Source of the DNA: Eledone cirrhosa | Lineage: Eukaryota | DNA: 64,000 bases | Direction of reading: 5' to 3' | Assembly (NCBI GenBank): GCA_964016885.1 | Contig: OZ024743.1 | Span: forward strand, 340,504,001-340,568,000 | Shown: positions 1 through 13,266 of the stretch, piece by piece | Layout of the letters: every line of letters starts with the position of its first letter | Numbering within the stretch: the first letter of the stretch is position 1 | Translations under genes and position numbers: made by a program | Notes under the pieces: generated by a model | What the model saw: only the letters and a program-made list of their open reading frames with translations | Told to the model about the DNA's origin: nothing | The model's database searches: none

Positions 1-95
1 AACTAATTAGGTATTGAGATATTAGCTGTATACTTTATGGAAAGTTCTATGGGATTTATGCAAGCAGAGCGAAAATAAATCCGTACGTCTATTTA

Positions 96-833
96 TTATA
101 GAATTAAAATTAGAGATAATTTTTCGGCTAGGCAGAGATTACATGTTTTGGATAGGGAATAATTTCGGTAAGGAGAGGCGTTGCAAACCTTCCTCCAAGA
201 GATGTTGTAGTTAATATTTCTGTCTTTTAAGGACCAAATGAGTTCTGAGAGTGCCGTGTTAGTTCTTTTAAGTTGGTATTTAAAAGACGAATTGTGATTA
301 TAAAATCTTGCTTTAAAGGAAGTGGAAGTGGAACCAAAATAGGTAAAAGAATTAGTACCAGTTATAACCTTACATTCATACACTAAATTTTTATCAAGAT
401 ATTGGTTATTAAGAGGACATTTAGTTCTAACATGGCAATTACAATTACGATTAGAGAAATTACCAGAGTTACTAACAAGTGACCTAGTATTATTTATAGA
501 AGGGATTGGATTGGAGAAGTTATTTACGATAGGAGCTAAAATTTCCTGATTTAGATTGGTGTTATGAACATTGGACAAAGTTACGTTTGACGTCGTATTT
601 AAATTTACTGAATCTAGCCTAGAGTTAACATTGACGTCGGGTTTACTATTGCTATTATTATGACGCTCATTGTTGGATGGATATAATTTATTATTTAATA
701 TTTTATTATTATGTTTAGAGATAATGTTAGAGATGTTGGAAGTGGTGGAATAAGAGAATTTGATTGTATGTTTGTTAAATATCTTACTATAGATATGCGA
801 GGGAGGGAAGCATTTATCTAAGGCCCTAAACAT
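96..833 (-). pseudogene. PLE GIY-YIG endonuclease fragment
   Basis: LVYECKV...YFGST (GIY-YIG), RFYNH, TALSELIW, CNLC..EK. Confidence 0.88.
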
Positions 834-912
834 AGTTTAGAAATATTACTAGTAATAGATAGAGAAAAAGAAGCGTTGCACCAAATCATATTTTTGTATC
901 TAGGTCTTTTAT

Positions 913-1632
913 TTAAGTTATTGGAATGTTCATAACTAACCTTTTACTATAAGTCCTTCGATGATTGGTTTCTTTACTGTATTTAATTTTATCAGGATAA
1001 CTGGCTTTGGAAAGCGCATTATTATAATAATTGGCATTAGCGTCGAAGATAACTTTATTAGAGGATAGATTTGAGATTCTTTTTTCAACATTACTGACTA
1101 TAGCATTTTTAACGTTAGTGGGGTGGTTAGATTTAAAATTAACATAATTTAGATTCTCATTGTCTTTATGGTAAGGGTAATATAGGCCAGTGTCAAGATT
1201 AAGGGAAATATCCAGGAAGTTAACTAGTTTGACGTTGTTTTCAAATTCAATTTTTAGGTTATGGTGCTTAAATAGATCAAGTATATTATTCTTAATAATA
1301 TTAAGTTTAACTATGTTACAGTTTAAGACAGTAAAAAGGGCATCGTCACGATAAATCCCACCGCGAAGTTGAAGAATTTTCCGATTTAAAGAATTCAAAA
1401 TAAAGATACCAAACAAGTCCGTCAATTGCGCTGAATCCGACGAACCCATTGTGATATCAAAATTGTTGGAAGTATCAGCTCTAGTCCAATATTCGTTGTT
1501 GAATTCCAGGATAGTTTTTCTTGCGGTGAGAATGATGGAAAGTTCATCTGTGGTAATGTCAGAATATTTAAATGCGAAAGATAGAGCGTTGTTGAGGAGT
1601 GAAGGCGAAATAATAGTAACTGGCAATGTCAA
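913..1632 (-). pseudogene. PLE reverse transcriptase core/thumb fragment
   Basis: MGSSDSAQ, GIYRDD, VNFLDISLNL, YVNFKSNHP, RISNLSS motifs; broken by frameshifts on both sides. Confidence 0.88.
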
Positions 1633-2634
1633 ACTGAATACATTTTTGTTTGTTTTTATTATTCAGGTCATTAAACCAGTTAATTACATCAGATGTACCA
1701 ATCCATACATTTAAGTTAGAAATAGAGCAATTAGAACGAACCTGTGGGATAATTCTATCCAAGATGGATTTACTAACAACCCCCAGATCTGATTTAGAGG
1801 GGGCGATTAGTCTAACAGGCAATTCCGTTCGAAAGTTACTTTTATGATCCTTGAGATTTATCCTCGGAGTTCTTGGGAAGAATGGTTCGGTCTTTTTCTC
1901 GATGCCAAGTTTAGACATAATCTCAGAAGCTTCTAAGTTTATAGATTCCAGATTGTCAGGGTTTACGATAATTCTTCCTTAGTTCCTTAAGAATAAGGTT
2001 ATAATACTTATCTTTATTAGTTTTGTCGGAATGGACTAAGACTTTTTTAGAGGAATTAAGGTCCGAAATCGTATTCCTGAGATTTATAAGGTGCTCCTGT
2101 CCCCTATAAGGGTTTCTCTTCTTGAATTTAAGACCTCTTATAATATTAGTTAATTCTTCCTCAAATTGCGGTAGATTTTTATTGAAAGGGGGATTTCTTC
2201 TAGAGTAAAATAAATGATCAATATTGTTACGTTCCTTAGTATAGAAATTTCCTTTTAAGCGCTGGTCGTGGAAAAGAGCGATCCATCTAAGCCTTCTCAC
2301 AAAAGGGTCAGTTTTTTCAATCAGAAGTTTAGTGAACTCAGATTTACCAGGTATAGGAATGTCTTTAATTGAAGTTGTTATGTTATAGAAGAAAAATTAC
2401 AGACCATCAAAGGTATCCGATATAAGAGTTAGCGCTCAAACAGTCAAGGAGCAAGTTAATGTAGGAGGTGAGTTTTATTGCAGCACAATAAAGCAATGCA
2501 AATATCGGATAAGTAGCACTCCACAGTTTATAGGACTAGAGTATAAATAATATAAGATCAAAAGATGGTTAAAAGAGTTCCATGTATTTTATATATATAC
2601 AAATTTTTAATTTTTTAATTCTTTATTTTCCATG

Positions 2635-2716
<82 letters not shown>

Positions 2717-2718
<2 letters not shown>

Positions 2719-2925
2719 GATATTAATAAATGGAAACTATATTTATAAAACCATATTTATTTCATTATACATATTTCAAGGATACCAAGTTAAATTATGG
2801 TATGCCTTCATCAGACAAAATACAATATATATCAGTTTTACATAATTTAACTTGGTATCCTTGAAATATGTATAATGAAATAAATATGGTTTTATAAATA
2901 TAGTTTCCATTTATTAATATCGTAT
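2717..2925. repeat. Inverted-repeat pLTR fragment next to (TA)n
   Basis: 2717-2798 is the reverse complement of 2841-2925; the same family recurs at about 3500-3645. Confidence 0.8.
2763..2820 (-). ncRNA. Type I hammerhead ribozyme motif (stem I weak)
   Basis: CTGATGA-AGGCATACCA..TGGTATCCTT-GAAA-TATG-TA. Confidence 0.6.
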
Positions 2926-3009
2926 ATCTACTCCAAATACTTGTCGAGTGCTTTATATCAGTTATAAAAATATTTACTTGTTGTATCCCAACAATTTAAA
3001 TAGAACTTT

Positions 3010-3065
<56 letters not shown>

Positions 3066-3178
3066 TAGTATATCTACCAACATATATATACAGATGCACA
3101 CCTATGCTAGCAAATATATAGGTTTTGTCTTAGTAAGTTTGTGTTTCAATGCAAGGGGATGCAGAACAATAATACGTC

Positions 3179-3221
<43 letters not shown>

Positions 3222-3688
3222 CAATTTTTTCATTTTTTAATTCTTTATTTTCTTGTTTTTGTCTATCACTGCGTTCGTGGATACGTCGCGCGTCCGTGCG
3301 AACGTGCATTTATTTTAATTTTAATTTTAATTTTTATTTTAAAAATTTTCTTGCCTGGTTATTCAGCTACTGAACTGTATGGATGTGAATGTACGTGTGT
3401 GTATGTAATATGTGTATGTGTATATATGTCTGTGTGTAAATGTATTCATATACATGTGTGTGTGTGTGTGCATGTATATATATATGAATGTATGTGCAAA
3501 AGTTCTATTTAAAGTTGTTGGGATACAACAAGTAAATATTTTTATAACTGATATAAAGCACTCGACAAATTTTTGGAGTAGATATACGATATTAATAAAT
3601 GGAAACTATAAATGGAAATATAGTTTCCATTTATTAATATCGTATATGAATGTATATATATATATATGTGTATGTATATATATAAATG

Positions 3689-3751
<63 letters not shown>

Positions 3752-3834
3752 GTATGTGTGCGTGTATGTATGTATGTATATGTATATATATATAAATATG
3801 TGTATGTGTATGTGTACGTATGTATACCCATCTG

Positions 3835-3866
<32 letters not shown>

Positions 3867-4140
3867 TGTATGTATGTATGTATGTATGTATGTATGCATG
3901 TATGTATATGTGTTTGTATATATATGTATGTGTACATGCACGTATGTGTATGTATATGAGTATAAGTATATGCATGGGTAGATGCTTACATATGTATGTG
4001 TATATTTATATATATACATATATATTTATTAATTTCCCCATTACATTACGTACGTTATTTTATTTTATATCAGCCTCGCTTTCAATTGACCTAGTCTTTG
4101 TTTTGAAATCTATATCTCACATCCGCTTTAAATAAATATT

Positions 4141-4198
4141 CATTCTGACGAAGATTTTAGACGTCTGTGTCAGTCGCCAGAGAAACGATTGTAATATG
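4141..4198 (+). ncRNA. Degenerate hammerhead motif
   Basis: CTGACGA 4145-4151, GAAA 4182-4185, near-palindromic stem III ACGATTGT, GUA site; stem II weak. Confidence 0.5.
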
Positions 4199-4243
4199 TC
4201 TAATAAATCTTATTCGTAGCACCACCGATTCTCCGTTTCTTAT

Positions 4244-4345
<102 letters not shown>

Positions 4346-4349
4346 CTGT

Positions 4350-5310
4350 ATATATATAAAAGTAAGTCCAAAGAATCATTAGAAAAAATATAATCAGTAT
4401 TTCCTCTCCTAATCAGTATAAATCAACCACACAAAAAATCATTTAAACGAGGCTATAAGTTTAAAATGTACTTATGAAGAAATAATAGACAAATCATATA
4501 GCTTCTTTTCCGCGACGTACAGCTACATGATATTTACCTAACATTCCTACTACCCTGTAGAAATTGACTAGACATATAGTTAACTACACGTAATTAGGTA
4601 CAAAATTGAAGTTAGAAGAAAAAATGTACATAAACCTTACCAGAATCTTCAATATCTCTACCACCCGGCGGTTTCGTTCCACGTTTTGGATAAATGCGGT
4701 CTTAGATAAATCCACGAGGCTCGGAGCTCATCAGGAGATACCTCAACTGGACTAAGATTTTTCTACCATGATCCCCGCCAGAAATGAATTCAAAATGGCC
4801 AAGAACCATCACGTGGCTATCAAGGCAGAAAGTTTGTCATTGGTGCCTGTCGGCGAGTAGACTGGTTGCTAGAAAGCGCAGCCGAATGATGCCTAAAGAT
4901 TTACTCAACCTTACGGGAGTATATATTAAATTTAAAGGGTATATATATATATAAATTAGACAAAGTCATAGATACATATATATCTTTTTGCCAACCATTC
5001 ACGGTGTGGCTGAATGAAGAATTAATTAAATAATTAATAATCAGAGCGATATATAAAAAAGTAAATCCAAAGAATCATTAGAAAAAATATATACAGTATT
5101 TCCTCTCCCAATCAGTATAAATCAACCACAGAAAAAAATCATTTAAACAAGGCTATAAGTTTAAAATGTACTTATGAAGAAATTGTTAATTATTTAATTA
5201 ACTCTTCATTGAGCCACACCGTGAATGGTTGCCAAAAACATATATATATATATCTATGACTTTGTCTAATTTATATATATATACCCTTTAAATTTAATAT
5301 ATGTAAATAA
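4350..5310 (-). mobile_element. Non-coding PLE pLTR-type insertion in (TA)n with internal duplication and inversion
   Basis: 4350-4480 is repeated at 5050-5182; 4920-5040 is inverted at 5185-5300; homologous to 11030-11590 on the opposite strand; carries an HHR. Confidence 0.75.
4653..4740 (-). ncRNA. Type I hammerhead ribozyme, long stem II
   Basis: TATCTC-CTGATGA-G..(about 50 nt)..C-GAAA-CCGCCGGGTGG-TA-GAGATA; perfect 6-bp stem I. Confidence 0.85.
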
Positions 5311-5316
5311 ATAAAT

Positions 5317-5407
<91 letters not shown>

Positions 5408-5412
<5 letters not shown>

Positions 5413-5919
5413 GGAAAAAATGAAACGAAATTTCATTTCCCACTCTCAGTACGGCTGTTACTTAAATATAAGTATGTACACGTACATACATATATGTATA
5501 CAGACGTACAGTAGTATGTATATATATATACATACATGCACACATATATATATGTACGTATGGATTCACCGAACATTTATTATAATGCTCGGTGTGCTTG
5601 TAAACAAACATCCCGTATTAAGCCGTAGTGTCCAGCAACCATCGTTGCTCGTTTGTTCAACACTGACAAAGGAACGCTGTACTAGTTTCAAGCTTATTAG
5701 CTATCGTCAGCAACGTATACCTTCCTGCCAGATTGTTGAACGTATATTATTACCTTATGGACACTACGGCTTAATACGGGATGTTTGCTTACAAACATAC
5801 CGAGCGTTATAATAAATGTTCGGTGAATCCATACGTACATATATATATGTGTGCATGTATGTATATATATATACATACTACTGTACTTCTGTATACATAT
5901 ATGTATGTACGTGTACATA

Positions 5920-5925
<6 letters not shown>
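5408..5925 (-). mobile_element. Short pLTR-type element with inverted 3' tail, in (TA)n
   Basis: About 5465-5632 is inverted at 5758-5920; family recurs at 26208-26425 and 33600-34325. Confidence 0.8.
5675..5715 (-). ncRNA. Minimal type I hammerhead ribozyme
   Basis: CGTTG-CTGACGA-TAGCTAATAAGCTT-GAAA-CTAG-TA-CAGCG; palindromic stem III ACTAGT. Confidence 0.9.
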
Positions 5926-5993
<68 letters not shown>

Positions 5994-5999
5994 GTGTAT

Positions 6000-7100
6000 T
6001 GAGCAATGAAAATGAAATAAAAGTCGATGATAGATTGGTAATTAGTTCATTGTTTAATTATCGTTTCAGAGGGTTGATTGATCATGGGAGATCGATATAT
6101 AGACTAGTAGGTAATGTTTATGACGCTACCTGTTTCTAGTCACGAAATTCCTCATGTATTGCACTGTCTTCCTCAGAATCACACTACATGCTAATCGATA
6201 TATCGATCCATCATGACCAATCAACCCCCCGAAACGATTGTAAGACAATGAAATTACTACCATGTTGGGTACAGTATTGTTAATGGTGTCTGCATTATTT
6301 ATGTAACGTTTAAATGTATTTGGGTGTAGTTTCATGTATACATATATAAGCCTTTTGTGTCCAGGTTTGTATTCTTCCAAACTGAAAGGAAGTGGGATGA
6401 TATATGGGGGCATACTCTGAAAATATTTCGTATTTAGACATTTCTCAGAGGATTTCAGGCCCTGCAATAGCCAAAGTTTTTCTGTTAAGCAAAGTAAACA
6501 CCTCATTTTTCCTTTCAAATTAAGGCATGAAAAATACAGAATATTCCAGTTAATCATGTATGGGATCCCTTTGTGCTTCAGATATACACGATTTGACAGT
6601 GCTGTAGCCGTCCTCATTTCCTGGTGTTTGAATGATGCGATACGTGTGTAGTACCATTGTTTGAATCGGTCTTGTGTCATACCTGCATATCGTTCTCTAC
6701 TCTCCGTGTGGATGGTTATAGTTGGTATGATAATGGCTTCATTACGACCGACTTGATTTTACATTTTTGTTGTAAAGGGAATTCTTCTTTTATCCTGCCT
6801 GAATATCTCGGGTTTACGTGAGATTAATTTCTATTTGTAATTTTTGCCTTCACGGACCACTGGACTAGCTGATCTTCACCGACTACCCATTGAAAACGTT
6901 CCTATACCTATGTATAGCAGGAACTTTCTATCTAATAACTCTAAGAATTTGTTTACCTATGTGAGTCTTTGCTATGGAGTAGGGGGGAAACACATTGTAT
7001 TTCTTTACCTATTTTTACTTTGATTAATGGCGTCAGGTATTCAGTTAATGGTATCTACGAGTTTGTTCTAATTATCTGGGTGGACATATCTTATCAATAC
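6000..7100 (-). mobile_element. 5'-truncated Naiad-like PLE (GIY-YIG end) with 3' UTR
   Basis: YAGMTQDRFKQWYYTR..TALSNRVY..INWNIL..CLLCLTEK; imperfect inverted repeat 6040-6115 / 6185-6260; candidate HHR 6120-6182 (CTGAGGA..GAAA-CAGG-TA). Confidence 0.8.
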
Positions 7101-8164
7101 AGTTTGTGTATGTGGGAGTGGTGAGATTTATTATTTCTCATCTCGCATACATACGTATGCATGTATATATGAATATATGCCTGTCTGTCTTCATGAATAT
7201 ATAAATATGTCGGTCTCTATATATGTATATATAAATGTAAGTTGGCGGCAAAAACACATCTATTTACTCCTTTACGCTGACATTCACCATTACTGGCACA
7301 TGCATATCTTACCACTTCGTAGATGCGCAAAGTGATTGTCAAGTGATGATTGCAATTTATTATAATGATACGCGCGCACGCGCACACACTCATGCTCGCG
7401 CGCAGAAATATGTATTAATAGCGAGGTGAGGGTGACAACAAGAAGAGAAAATGACTTTCTATATAAACAGCTAATTTACTATGATTCATACACTCGTAGT
7501 ATCATTTCGCAAAGTTAGGTTACATAATTTCAATCGATGTTTGTCATGTATATCTAAGGCAAATTGCATACAAAATGTCTGAATAAAATTTGGTAAACAG
7601 TCTCGTGGGAAAGGGGGAAGAATAGAACATTAAGAATAGTGATTGGAACGTAACACAGGGATTAAGATAATTTACCCGTTGACTCTATCTGGAAAAAAGA
7701 ATAAATATTTATGTTGTAGGTTTACATTAAGTGTGTGGAGAAGTCGAACATGAGATAAGATGGAAAAGGTGACAGGAGATTACGGAGGTGTTGTGTTCAA
7801 GGTAATAGAAGCTGTATGCAACATTTTCTTGATTATAGCGGGTACTTATAAATGCACACGCGTGTGTGTATTAGTAATTAACAATATAAAATAAACAGAG
7901 TGTAAAACACAAACAGGCAAATATAAATAAGTTAAAGGGTGATGTATTGAATGACGTGTGCAAAATTTCTCAAATAAATGAAATTTCCCTTTTAGATAGG
8001 GAAATAAAATGGAAAAATAGCGTTAATATTAGTAAACGTGAAGATAATTTTATGAATTTTAGCATGAAATTCAGAATTTTACATGCTTAAGGGAAATCCG
8101 ATCAGCATTTTGCATCTTTCTCTCTCTCCATCTTTCTTTCTCTCACTCTCTGTCTGTCTGTCTG

Positions 8165-10760
8165 TCTCGGTTTCTAACATGACACAAGATCCTCTCATAG
8201 GAATTTAGACACCATCAACTAGCATGCGTGCGTGTGTGTTTAGGTATGGATGTTATTGTATGTGTGGATGTGTATGCTTTGCGTTTTATGTGTGCATATG
8301 CATATGTTGTGTATCTGTACATGTGTACATGCCGTTATTACATGCAGACGTTTTGGAATGTTTTACATATTTTCACTGTTCAATTAATGAATTGTACTTG
8401 TAATTTTCTAACTAGTCGTGTTCTTTCTGATTCTGCGAAGCCCAGCTTCTCAAGATTTATATTGAAGCAGTTACTAACATATCCCAGTGTCCCAATAATC
8501 ACAAATATAAATCTGATGGCATAGTCAGGGTGGAGTATCTGCAGATTTATCATTAGTTCTCCATATATATTCTCCTTTTCGCTGATCTTTAATATTATAT
8601 TGGCATCTGCTGGGCAGCTAACTTCCACTACTGTGCCTGCATTCTTTTTTCTATCCCATATCATTTTCTCTGGTCTTGAATTTCAATGGGGTTTTTACTG
8701 GAACATTCCACCAGTACTCTTTCATATTATGTATATGTATGTCTTCCACATTGCTGAAACTTTTAATGTGCTTATTATCGGGGCTATCTTTTCTACGGAT
8801 TGCATTGTACAGTGTTTTGGCCACGACATCATGCCTCATAGGTAGAAAGTACCGTGATGACATCTTTGGACAACTGCTTATGACATGTTTGATGTCAATG
8901 TTAATTCTGCAGAGTCTGCCTTTGTTCTCACATTAGGTGTTTTGCCTGCATCCCTATCTCTCTTGTGAATCAGGTATTTTGTATTGATTTCCTATTCTTG
9001 GATTGCAAACGCGTATCCTTGAAAGTGGGAGCCAATATAGCGGTTGTTGTTCCAAGATAGAGTACTTTCTTTATCTATATTACTCTCACTCTGGAGCTTC
9101 CTGGTAACATGCCCATGCATGATTTTATGCTGATAAGCATGCAGGTTTTCATCCATGGATTCGCTATGGTACTGCTGGGTAATTTCCCTGGGTGGGAAGT
9201 TTTGGTTATCATTTAGACAGTATCTTTCCAGGTGTTACTTCCCAATTCTCGTGGTCTTATCTATCTCACGTAGACAGACCTGATCAATAGTTGGGCTCTT
9301 ATGCTCGGACGTTCGTAGATGATGTCGGAGGGATATGATGCGACACTCAAATGCTGTCTGGACTGATGTTAGGTCTCTGCCTCCCTGCTTACGTTTCAAG
9401 TAGAGGTGGTCTATGTCACTGTTGATGTGGATGTTTCCGGTGTTGTTTAGGATTTTCGGGTTTTAACATCAATAGCTCGGATTTCGTCTATCGTCCAATA
9501 GCGTATTCCAAACGTTGGTGTTAGGACAGGCACAGCAAACACAATGTAAAACACTGTTTTATTGTGCGCAGAAATTTCAGATGACAATAATTTTCTTAAT
9601 CGGGTGTGATATTTCTTGGTTACGTGTTCTTTGTTAAAGATAACATCATAGGATATATTCTCATCTATCCCTAGGCATCTGTAGCGGTCCTCGTCAGATA
9701 TCGGTGAAACAGGCCATTGATAAAAATGTTGTTACATTGGCTAGATTGGCTTGTAGTTTTCTTCGCTTTACAATCAGATATGAACATTTATCCTGGCCAA
9801 ACTCTATTCCTATATCCGTTGAGAACGTCATAACCAGGTCAAGATTTATCTTCATAACATTTATGTTCTTGGCATAGAGTTCATAGAGTTTCAAGTCATC
9901 CACAAAGAAACTATAGGTTAGGTTATTTCTTCCCTCACGTGAGTGAGGCAATTATGTATCCTCATTATATATTCACATTTCTTGAGCAGAAAGGACAAGG
10001 GAATTAACAACAGAATACAGAGTATCACAGCGAGACTATCTCCATGAAACATACCCCTGATATTTTATTTTATTAGTGAAAATAGAGTCCTCCTTCTATT
10101 CTTTTAACATTAGGATAGCTTCTATAATCCAAGAGTGGGGAACAAAATCAAATGCTTTCCCGTAGTCCAATCAGACTGTAACCATATTCCTCCTAGTTGT
10201 TGAACGTCTGACATCGTGGTTTTATAAATTAGGAGTTGTTCAGCAGACCCCCAAACAACTTTCTTCCCAGCTGCTTGCTCATCTGTGATGATGTTATTAC
10301 TGTAGCAGTGGTCTTGGAGAAATAGTTTCAGACAGGCTGTATACATTATCTACGTTAGGTTCTGGCATGCAATGAGTCGGTATTTTTTTGCCAAATGGAT
10401 GTCTTTCTTCTTGTTTGGCCAAGTGGGTGTGTTGTTTGTACTAATGCTAACCAGCCTGGTATATATGTCTCTCCCTTGAGAGCTTGCTGGTAGAAATTGA
10501 TAAGATACAAACAAGAATATCAGTTTCTTGAACCAGCATCCGACAATCAAAATATGAAAACACCCTTCCTGGTGTTTTCTTATTTTGGAGTTTTTCTATC
10601 ACAGTCTCAAGTGCATCATCATTTATTCTGTATATATTTGAAGGAATCTATGTCTTTCTGGGATGGCGCCTCAGTGACATTAATTACTTTGTCCTTCATA
10701 TCTCTACAGCCTGATCTTTCGTTTCTTCTGAATCATTTATTATTTTCTACCTAGCATATT
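8165..10760 (-). mobile_element. Degraded non-LTR retrotransposon, R4/Dong-like (RT + zinc knuckle + RLE)
   Basis: YRLIACQN, DEQAAGKK, EQLLI, GDSL, FFVDDLKLY, GIEFGQDKC, HVISSC..RHDVVAK, IWD..VVEVSCP, IIGTLG; many stops and frameshifts. Confidence 0.88.
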
Positions 10761-10868
10761 GAGTCCTTTTGTCAAGCTTAATAGTCTTTTACATCGTTTC
10801 GGAAGCGCCATCTGCCTTCTCTGCTTTACGCTCTTTACATTTCACTTTCCCTCTCTATCTATCTACCC

Positions 10869-11004
<136 letters not shown>

Positions 11005-11235
11005 TTAGCTCTGTCTAGTTTATATGTATATAAACTTTTAAATTTTATATACATCCGTAAGGTTGAGTAAAAATGTAGGCAGTATTAGGCTGTGCTTTCT
11101 AGCAACCAGCCTACTCGCCGACAGGCCCCTATCACAAACATTCTGACTTGACCACTGGCCGCGTGACAATTCTTAGCCATTTTGAATTCGTTTCTGGCGG
11201 GGATCATTTGAGAAAAATCTTTGTCCAATTGAGTT

Positions 11236-11320
11236 TATCTCCTGATGATTTCCAAACTCGTTGATTTATCCAAGATCGGATATATCCAAAAAGTGAATGA
11301 AATCCCCGAGGGTAGAGATA
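11236..11320 (+). ncRNA. Hammerhead motif, diverged copy of the 4653-4740 family
   Basis: TATCTC-CTGATGA..GAAA-TCCCCGAGGG-TA-GAGATA within the homologous element 11030-11590. Confidence 0.7.
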
Positions 11321-12119
11321 GATTTTGATGATTTTGGTATGTTTATGTACATTTTTTCTTCTAACTTTGATTTTGTACCTAATTATGTATGGTTAACTAT
11401 ATATCTAGTCAATTTCTAGAGGCTATCAGAAATACTAGGTAAATTTTCTGTGGCTGTGAATCGCGGATAAAAAGCTATGATTTAGTTATCTATTATTTCT
11501 TCATAAGTATATTTTAAACTTATAGCCTCATTTGAATGATTTTTTGTGTGGTTGATTATGCTGATTGGGAGAAGAAATATTGTATATATATAATATACAT
11601 ATATATTATAGACGAATCAGATCGAATGATTATGAAGTTCGCTACAGAATTATTAATTTCATGAGTCGGCTGTTCCATTGATCGAACAGCTGATACGCTC
11701 ATCGTCTAAACCGACAGAGTTCCATTCACGCTTTCCACCTCATCCTCACTCTCAGTATTTATTGTACATATATATGTATGACATATATGATATACCCGTA
11801 CCACCCACATACATGTATGTGTGCGTGTGCGTGTGTGCGTGTATATGTGTGTGTGTATGCATAATTAGTATAAACTTCACTAGTTAGCTCGATATTCGGA
11901 CTTATGAAATTACCGATTATATGAAAGCAACATATGATATTATGAAAGAGTTATACTACATAAAACATGAAACAGGCAAGATTACATACTAATATATTTC
12001 TACATAAATATCTATACACTAGACACATTTTTAGCACACATAAATAGAAAGACATACAACACACCAGTATCAAAAGTCCAAGCATCTTTTCAGATATTGC
12101 ACGCTCTATACATTGGTGT

Positions 12120-12149
<30 letters not shown>

Positions 12150-12150
<1 letters not shown>

Positions 12151-12432
12151 GGCTCCGTCGATTCCGATGACGAGTATTCCAGTTGGTTCGATCAGTGGAA
12201 ACAGCCTGCAGGTGGTCAATTGTTCCACAGACATGTGTACCCTTAATGTTGTCCCCAGGAATATCTGCTCGACACAGGCGTGCGACATGGCTGCCCCTTT
12301 TGTATTACAGGTACGACAATTTTTGCCAGCTATAAGGACAGGAGCAACTTGAACTTTAGTACTTTGACCAAGGACAGAACGCACCGCTCTTAATCGAATT
12401 AACATCCTAATCACTAAACCACGCCTCTTCAC
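12150..12432 (-). mobile_element. SINE-like interspersed repeat
   Basis: Degenerate tRNA-like head at about 12370-12432 on minus; similar sequence at 11660-11725 and 47565-47690. Confidence 0.5.
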
Positions 12433-12690
12433 GCTATGTTCACTAAGCTAAAACTGTGGAATTGAAATAGAAGACCTCGTCGAAAAATAGATGAATATTA
12501 TATAAGGAATAGCATATCAATTTGCTGTAACCTCCCATTTTTTCATAGGTTTTACTATGAATTTACAAAAACAAAAACAAAAAAAACAAACAAAAAGAAT
12601 TGACAAAAGACCAAACAAACTAAAAACAAAATCTAACACGAAAACTCTAGATATTGCATATTTAGAAATATACTGTGTTTATGAAAAATA

Positions 12691-12756
12691 TTTTGAAGGC
12701 CTTTCGCTATGAATTTTAAGGTTGTGACGATCGTCATATACCTAGCTTCAGCAAAA
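12691..12756 (-). ncRNA. Hammerhead-like motif with 2-nt core insertion
   Basis: TTTTG-CTGAAG(CT)A-GGTAT..ATAGC-GAAA-GGCC-TT-CAAAA; palindromic AGGCCT. Confidence 0.65.
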
Positions 12757-13026
12757 GCAAGGGGAAGTAATCGACGATGCCACCGTTTCTCACTTGTTAG
12801 TGGTTGTCAAGTCTACATATCTCCCCACTTTTTCTGAAGCTAAGCTAAGCCGGATTCTTATAGAACTCTGCTTATGTTTATGAGCTGTTTAAACTTATTA
12901 ACATAGAGAGCGGTAGCCGGCCCAGAATAAATTAGAAAATTGTATTGGTGTTCCGAAATAGCGATATATATATATATGAATGTACGTATTGTATATTTAA
13001 TAGTATACGGTATGTTTATGAAAACA

Positions 13027-13091
13027 TTTTGAAGCCATTTCGGTATGAATTTTAAGGTTGTGACGACCGTCATATACCTAGCTTCAGCAAA
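13027..13091 (-). ncRNA. Second copy of the variant hammerhead
   Basis: TTTG-CTGAAG(CT)A-GGTAT..ATACC-GAAA-TGGC-TT-CAAA. Confidence 0.6.
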
Positions 13092-13266
13092 CGCAAGGGG
13101 AAGTAATCGAAAATGCCATATATATATCGCTATTTCGGAGCACAATACAAATTCATAATATAAAATATTAAGTTTTGAGATATTTTATTTTAATCCTTAT
13201 TTCCTTTTACAGCAGATTACGAAACATCGTGAACATATTCTCCCTATTTATCTATATTCATTATCA

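Larger units (their letters stand above)
1..2400 (-). mobile_element. Penelope-like retroelement, Naiad-like, frameshifted RT + C-terminal GIY-YIG ORF
   Basis: Consecutive minus ORFs 1956-2300, 1568-1918, 913-1632, 96-833. N-terminal KDIPIP..RRLRWIALF; LKDHK/VRLIAP; RT FDITMGSSDSAQ and GIYRDD; FLDISL and KSNHP; EN CNC..CPL..LVY..YFGST..FKARFYNH..CNLCLAEK. Confidence 0.9.
12620..13155 (-). repeat. Tandem ~336-nt HHR-bearing repeat (retrozyme/pLTR-like)
   Basis: 12670-12781 is repeated at 13005-13117; short inversion 12940-12975 / 13117-13152. Confidence 0.75.

Noticed and set aside
96-833. Possible selenocysteine (UGA) recoding, as reported for some Naiads
   Set aside because: The conserved Cys positions I could read are ordinary Cys codons or missense changes; no in-frame TGA seen and no SECIS identified.
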